Of a stretch of DNA of 32,000 nucleotides, positions 29,150-32,000 are shown in pieces. How positions within the stretch are numbered: the first letter of the stretch is position 1; each line of letters opens with the position of its first letter. Origin of the DNA: Mycolicibacterium smegmatis (GTDB taxonomy: Bacteria > Actinomycetota > Actinomycetes > Mycobacteriales > Mycobacteriaceae). The position numbers and the translations under genes are program-made. The notes beneath the pieces were generated by a model that saw nothing but the letters and a program-made list of their open reading frames with translations, did no database searches and had not been told where the DNA came from. The stretch is from positions 4,110,001 to 4,142,000 of the forward strand of contig NZ_LN831039.1 in assembly GCF_001457595.1 (NCBI RefSeq), written 5' to 3'.

Positions 29150-30379
29150 ATGTCGCTGGTCACGCAGGCTCGGGAAATGGCCGACGACCTCGTCCACCTC
29201 CGCCGCGCCCTGCATCAGGAACCCGAGGTCGGCCTGAACCTGCCGCGCACGCAGGAGCGGGTGCTGGCGGCGCTCGAAGGCCTGCCGCTGGAGATCACGA
29301 CCGGGACGAACTGCACGTCGGTGACCGCCGTGTTGCGCGGGCACGGAGACGGTGTGGTGCTTCTACGCGCGGATATGGACGCCCTGCCCGTTCAGGAACA
29401 CACCGGTCTCGACTACACCTCCCGGATCGACGGGGCGATGCACGGGTGCGGCCACGACCTGCACACCGCCATGCTCGTGGGCGCGGCGCACCTACTCGCC
29501 GCCCAGCGCGAAAAGCTCCACGGGGACGTGGTGTTCATGTTCCAGCCGGGCGAAGAAGGCTGGGAAGGCGCCCGGACGATGATCGACGAGGGTGTGCTGG
29601 ATGCGGCCGGACGCCGCCCGGACGCCGCCTACGCGCTGCACGTGTTCTCCACCCTCGGCCCGGCAGGCACCTTCTTCAGCCGCCCTGGTGTCGCGCTCGC
29701 GGCGTCGGCGACCTTGCGGGTGACCGTCCGCGGCGAGGGCGGCCACGGTTCGACACCGCATCTGGCCAAGGATCCTGTTCCCGTCCTCGCCGAGATGGTG
29801 ACCGCGCTGCAGACTGCCGTCACCCGACAGTTCGATGTGTTCGACCCCGTCGTGCTGACGATCGGCGTTCTACGGGCGGGTACGCGCAGCAACATCATTC
29901 CCGCGACAGCCACGTTCGAGGCCACCATCCGCACGTTCTCGGTCGAATCGTCGAGGCGGATCCGCGACATCGCCCTGCGGTTGGTCTCCGGGATCGCCGA
30001 CGCCCACGGCGTCGACGTCGACGCCGACTACGCCGAGGGACGCCCGCCCACCGTGAACGACCCCGATGAGACGGCGCTCGCCCGCGAGGTGATCATCGAG
30101 ACCCTCGGTGAGAACCGATATGCCCCGCTGGCCAACCCCTTCACCGGTGCGGAGGACTTCGCACGGGTACTCGACGAGGTGCCCGGATGCTTCGTTGCAC
30201 TCGGCGCGCTCCCGCCGGGCGCCGACCCCGACAAGGCGGCCTACAACCACAGTCCCCAGGCGGTGTTCGACGACTCGGTCCTGCCCGACGGCGCAGCACT
30301 TTACGCCGAACTCGCCCATCGCAGGCTCAACGTCAACTCGGGGGCCACATCCGGGGCCACGACCCAGAAAGGCCGCTGA
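29150..30379 (+). CDS. M20D-family amidohydrolase (N-acyl-amino-acid / hippurate hydrolase-like)
   Basis: ATG 29150 after a GAGAGGAAG SD. 409 aa. Motifs LRADMDALP and MHGCGHDLHTAML are typical of the M20D family. Confidence 0.9.
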   Translation: MSLVTQAREMADDLVHLRRALHQEPEVGLNLPRTQERVLAALEGLPLEITTGTNCTSVTAVLRGHGDGVVLLRADMDALPVQEHTGLDYTSRIDGAMHGCGHDLHTAMLVGAAHLLAAQREKLHGDVVFMFQPGEEGWEGARTMIDEGVLDAAGRRPDAAYALHVFSTLGPAGTFFSRPGVALAASATLRVTVRGEGGHGSTPHLAKDPVPVLAEMVTALQTAVTRQFDVFDPVVLTIGVLRAGTRSNIIPATATFEATIRTFSVESSRRIRDIALRLVSGIADAHGVDVDADYAEGRPPTVNDPDETALAREVIIETLGENRYAPLANPFTGAEDFARVLDEVPGCFVALGALPPGADPDKAAYNHSPQAVFDDSVLPDGAALYAELAHRRLNVNSGATSGATTQKGR

Positions 30380-31656
30380 TGCACCAGACGATTCAACCCC
30401 GCACGACGTCACCGACCCGGCGTACGCCGCAACTGATCGGCACCGCGTTGGGCCACGCACTGGAGTGGTACGACTGGGGCATTTACGCGATCTTCGTGCC
30501 GTTCTTCGCCACCCAGTTCTTCGATGACAGCAACCAGTTGTCGGCGGTGTTGTCGAGCCTCGCGGTGTTCGCGGTCGGGTTCGTCGCACGCCCGGTCGGT
30601 GGATTCGTGTTCGGTTGGCTGGCCGATCGTGCCGGACGACGCACGGCGATGATGGCGACCGTGGTGACGATCGCCGCGGCGAGCTTCGCCATCGGCGTCG
30701 CACCGACATACGCCGAGATCGGCGCGTGGGCATCGCTGATCCTGCTGCTGGCCCGCATCGTTCAGGGTCTCGCCTGCGGCGGCGAACTGCCCTCGGCCCA
30801 GACCTACCTGTCAGAGATCGCCCCCGCGAATCGGCGCGGTGTCTGGTCGAGCATCATCTACATCTCCAGCGTCTTCGGCAACACAGTGGGTGTACTGCTC
30901 GGCCTGGTGCTGACGCTCACCCTGTCCGAGGCCGACATGCACGCCTACGGCTGGCGGATCCCGTTCCTCCTGGGCGGCGTGTTCGGTCTCGTGGCCATCT
31001 ACATGCGACGAAAAATGCCCGAGACCGAGGCCTTCACCCAGGCGGATCGCCGACGCCCTCGACTGTGGCCCGAACTCGTCCGCCACCGCGGGCAGGCGCT
31101 GCGCGTCATCGGCCTGTCCGTCGGGTTCACGGTGTTCTACTACTCGTGGGTGGTGGCCGCACCCGCCTACGCGATCAGCTCGCTGCACGTGTCGTCGGCC
31201 GGGGCGCTGTGGGCCGGCGTGACGTCGAGCATCCTCCTGATGGCGTTGATGCCGTTGTGGGGCAGACTGTCTGATCGCATCGGTCGCAAACCCGTCCTGC
31301 TCATCTCGACGGTCGGTGGTGCGGCGACGCTCTTTCCGGTGCAGTTCCTGGTGCGCGACAGCGCCTGGCAACTGTTCGCGGGTATGACGATCGCCGCAGT
31401 GTTCATCTCCGCCGGGGTGTCCATCCTGCCCGCGGTGTACGCCGAGATGTTCCCCACCGGAATCCGTGCGCTCGGTCTGGCAGTGCCGTACTCCGTGGCC
31501 GTAGCGGTATTCGGCGGGACGGCCCCGTACCTGCAGACGTGGATCGGCGCGAACCTGGGACCGCTCTTCTACACCGGATACTGCGTGTTGCTGCTGCTGG
31601 CCTCCACACTGGTGATCATCAGGATGCCGGAGACCCGCGGAAAGGACCTGACGTGA
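30379..31656 (+). CDS. MFS transporter, metabolite:H+ symporter (MHS) family (paralog of 23583-24914)
   Basis: ORF 30187..31656 trimmed to ATG 30379, which overlaps the upstream stop (TGATG). MHQTIQPRTT...GHALEWYDWGIYAIFVPFF. 425 aa. Confidence 0.88.
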   Translation: MHQTIQPRTTSPTRRTPQLIGTALGHALEWYDWGIYAIFVPFFATQFFDDSNQLSAVLSSLAVFAVGFVARPVGGFVFGWLADRAGRRTAMMATVVTIAAASFAIGVAPTYAEIGAWASLILLLARIVQGLACGGELPSAQTYLSEIAPANRRGVWSSIIYISSVFGNTVGVLLGLVLTLTLSEADMHAYGWRIPFLLGGVFGLVAIYMRRKMPETEAFTQADRRRPRLWPELVRHRGQALRVIGLSVGFTVFYYSWVVAAPAYAISSLHVSSAGALWAGVTSSILLMALMPLWGRLSDRIGRKPVLLISTVGGAATLFPVQFLVRDSAWQLFAGMTIAAVFISAGVSILPAVYAEMFPTGIRALGLAVPYSVAVAVFGGTAPYLQTWIGANLGPLFYTGYCVLLLLASTLVIIRMPETRGKDLT

Positions 31657-32000
31657 ATGCTTCCCTGCTCGACGCCCTTGCCGCCGCGCGGCCACGAATC
31701 ATCGACCTCGCGCAACCTCTGCAGGAGGGAATGCCCTGCTCCCCCACACATCCCGGGTTCCGCATGGCGCTCAGCCGCAGGCACGGCGACGTCGCGCGTC
31801 CGGACGGGATGACGGGTTCACACGAAATGCTCGTCCTCGGCGGACACGTCGGCACCCACATGGACGCACTCGCCCACGTCGCGGTCGACGGCTACTTCCA
31901 CGGCGGCACACCGGTCACCGTGACCGACGGACGCTATGCCAGTCACGGGATCGACGAGGTTCCACCGCTGGTATGCCGGGGTGTGCTCGTCGACGTGCCA
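31653..32000 (+). CDS. Cyclase-family protein (kynurenine-formamidase-like metal hydrolase), 5' part only
   Basis: My own translation; not in the ORF track because no stop falls in the window. GTG 31653 overlaps the upstream stop (GTGA). VNASLLDALAAARPRIIDLAQPL...GGHVGTHMDALAHV carries the HxGTHxDxxxH cyclase/formamidase motif. Open to base 32000. Confidence 0.75.
   Translation, partial: MNASLLDALAAARPRIIDLAQPLQEGMPCSPTHPGFRMALSRRHGDVARPDGMTGSHEMLVLGGHVGTHMDALAHVAVDGYFHGGTPVTVTDGRYASHGIDEVPPLVCRGVLVDVP

Noticed and set aside
29042-29344. 101-codon 5' extension of the Lrp/AsnC ORF overlapping the M20 amidohydrolase start
   Set aside because: GTG 29041 with a GAGGAG SD gives a regular HTH_AsnC N-terminus. 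The extension would cover the divergent promoter region and the first 65 codons of the opposite gene.

Overview
High-GC (~67%) actinobacterial chromosomal DNA. The 394-aa lactate 2-monooxygenase at 230-1414 matches the Mycolicibacterium (Mycobacterium) smegmatis enzyme as I recall it, so the window is most likely M. smegmatis or a very close relative. It is a densely packed accessory-metabolism region of about 28 protein genes. These form small catabolic modules, nearly all with an adjacent regulator (TetR x2, WYL, LysR, PucR, GntR, tandem Lrp/AsnC). Modules in order: (1) lactate monooxygenase and a PoxB-type pyruvate oxidase; (2) two tandem paralogous Thr/Pro-rich lipoproteins; (3) an amidase-SnoaL-WYL operon with a divergent LysR; (4) hydantoinase/oxoprolinase HyuA-HyuB with a divergent PucR; (5) TetR plus an LLM-type oxidoreductase plus a class C beta-lactamase; (6) an alpha/beta hydrolase; (7) a CoA-transferase / acyl-CoA dehydrogenase / CoA-transferase / GntR gene string facing an MHS transporter / acyl-CoA ligase / FAD oxidoreductase operon; (8) a tandem-Lrp-controlled M20 amidohydrolase / MHS transporter / cyclase operon. 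The divergent control region of the CoA module is interrupted by one IS110-family insertion sequence (DEDD transposase 22159-23370). Its ~260-bp left end is non-coding and structured, which is where IS110 elements encode their bridge (guide) RNA. I saw no rRNA, tRNA, CRISPR array, prophage or recognisable defence system, and nothing I can honestly call a new multi-gene system. The best follow-up candidates are the IS110 bridge-RNA and target-site prediction, the uncharacterised split CoA-dependent catabolic locus with a shared 17-bp motif, and the tandem lipoprotein pair with a conserved C-terminal motif. The long antisense ORFs in the track are GC-driven shadow ORFs.
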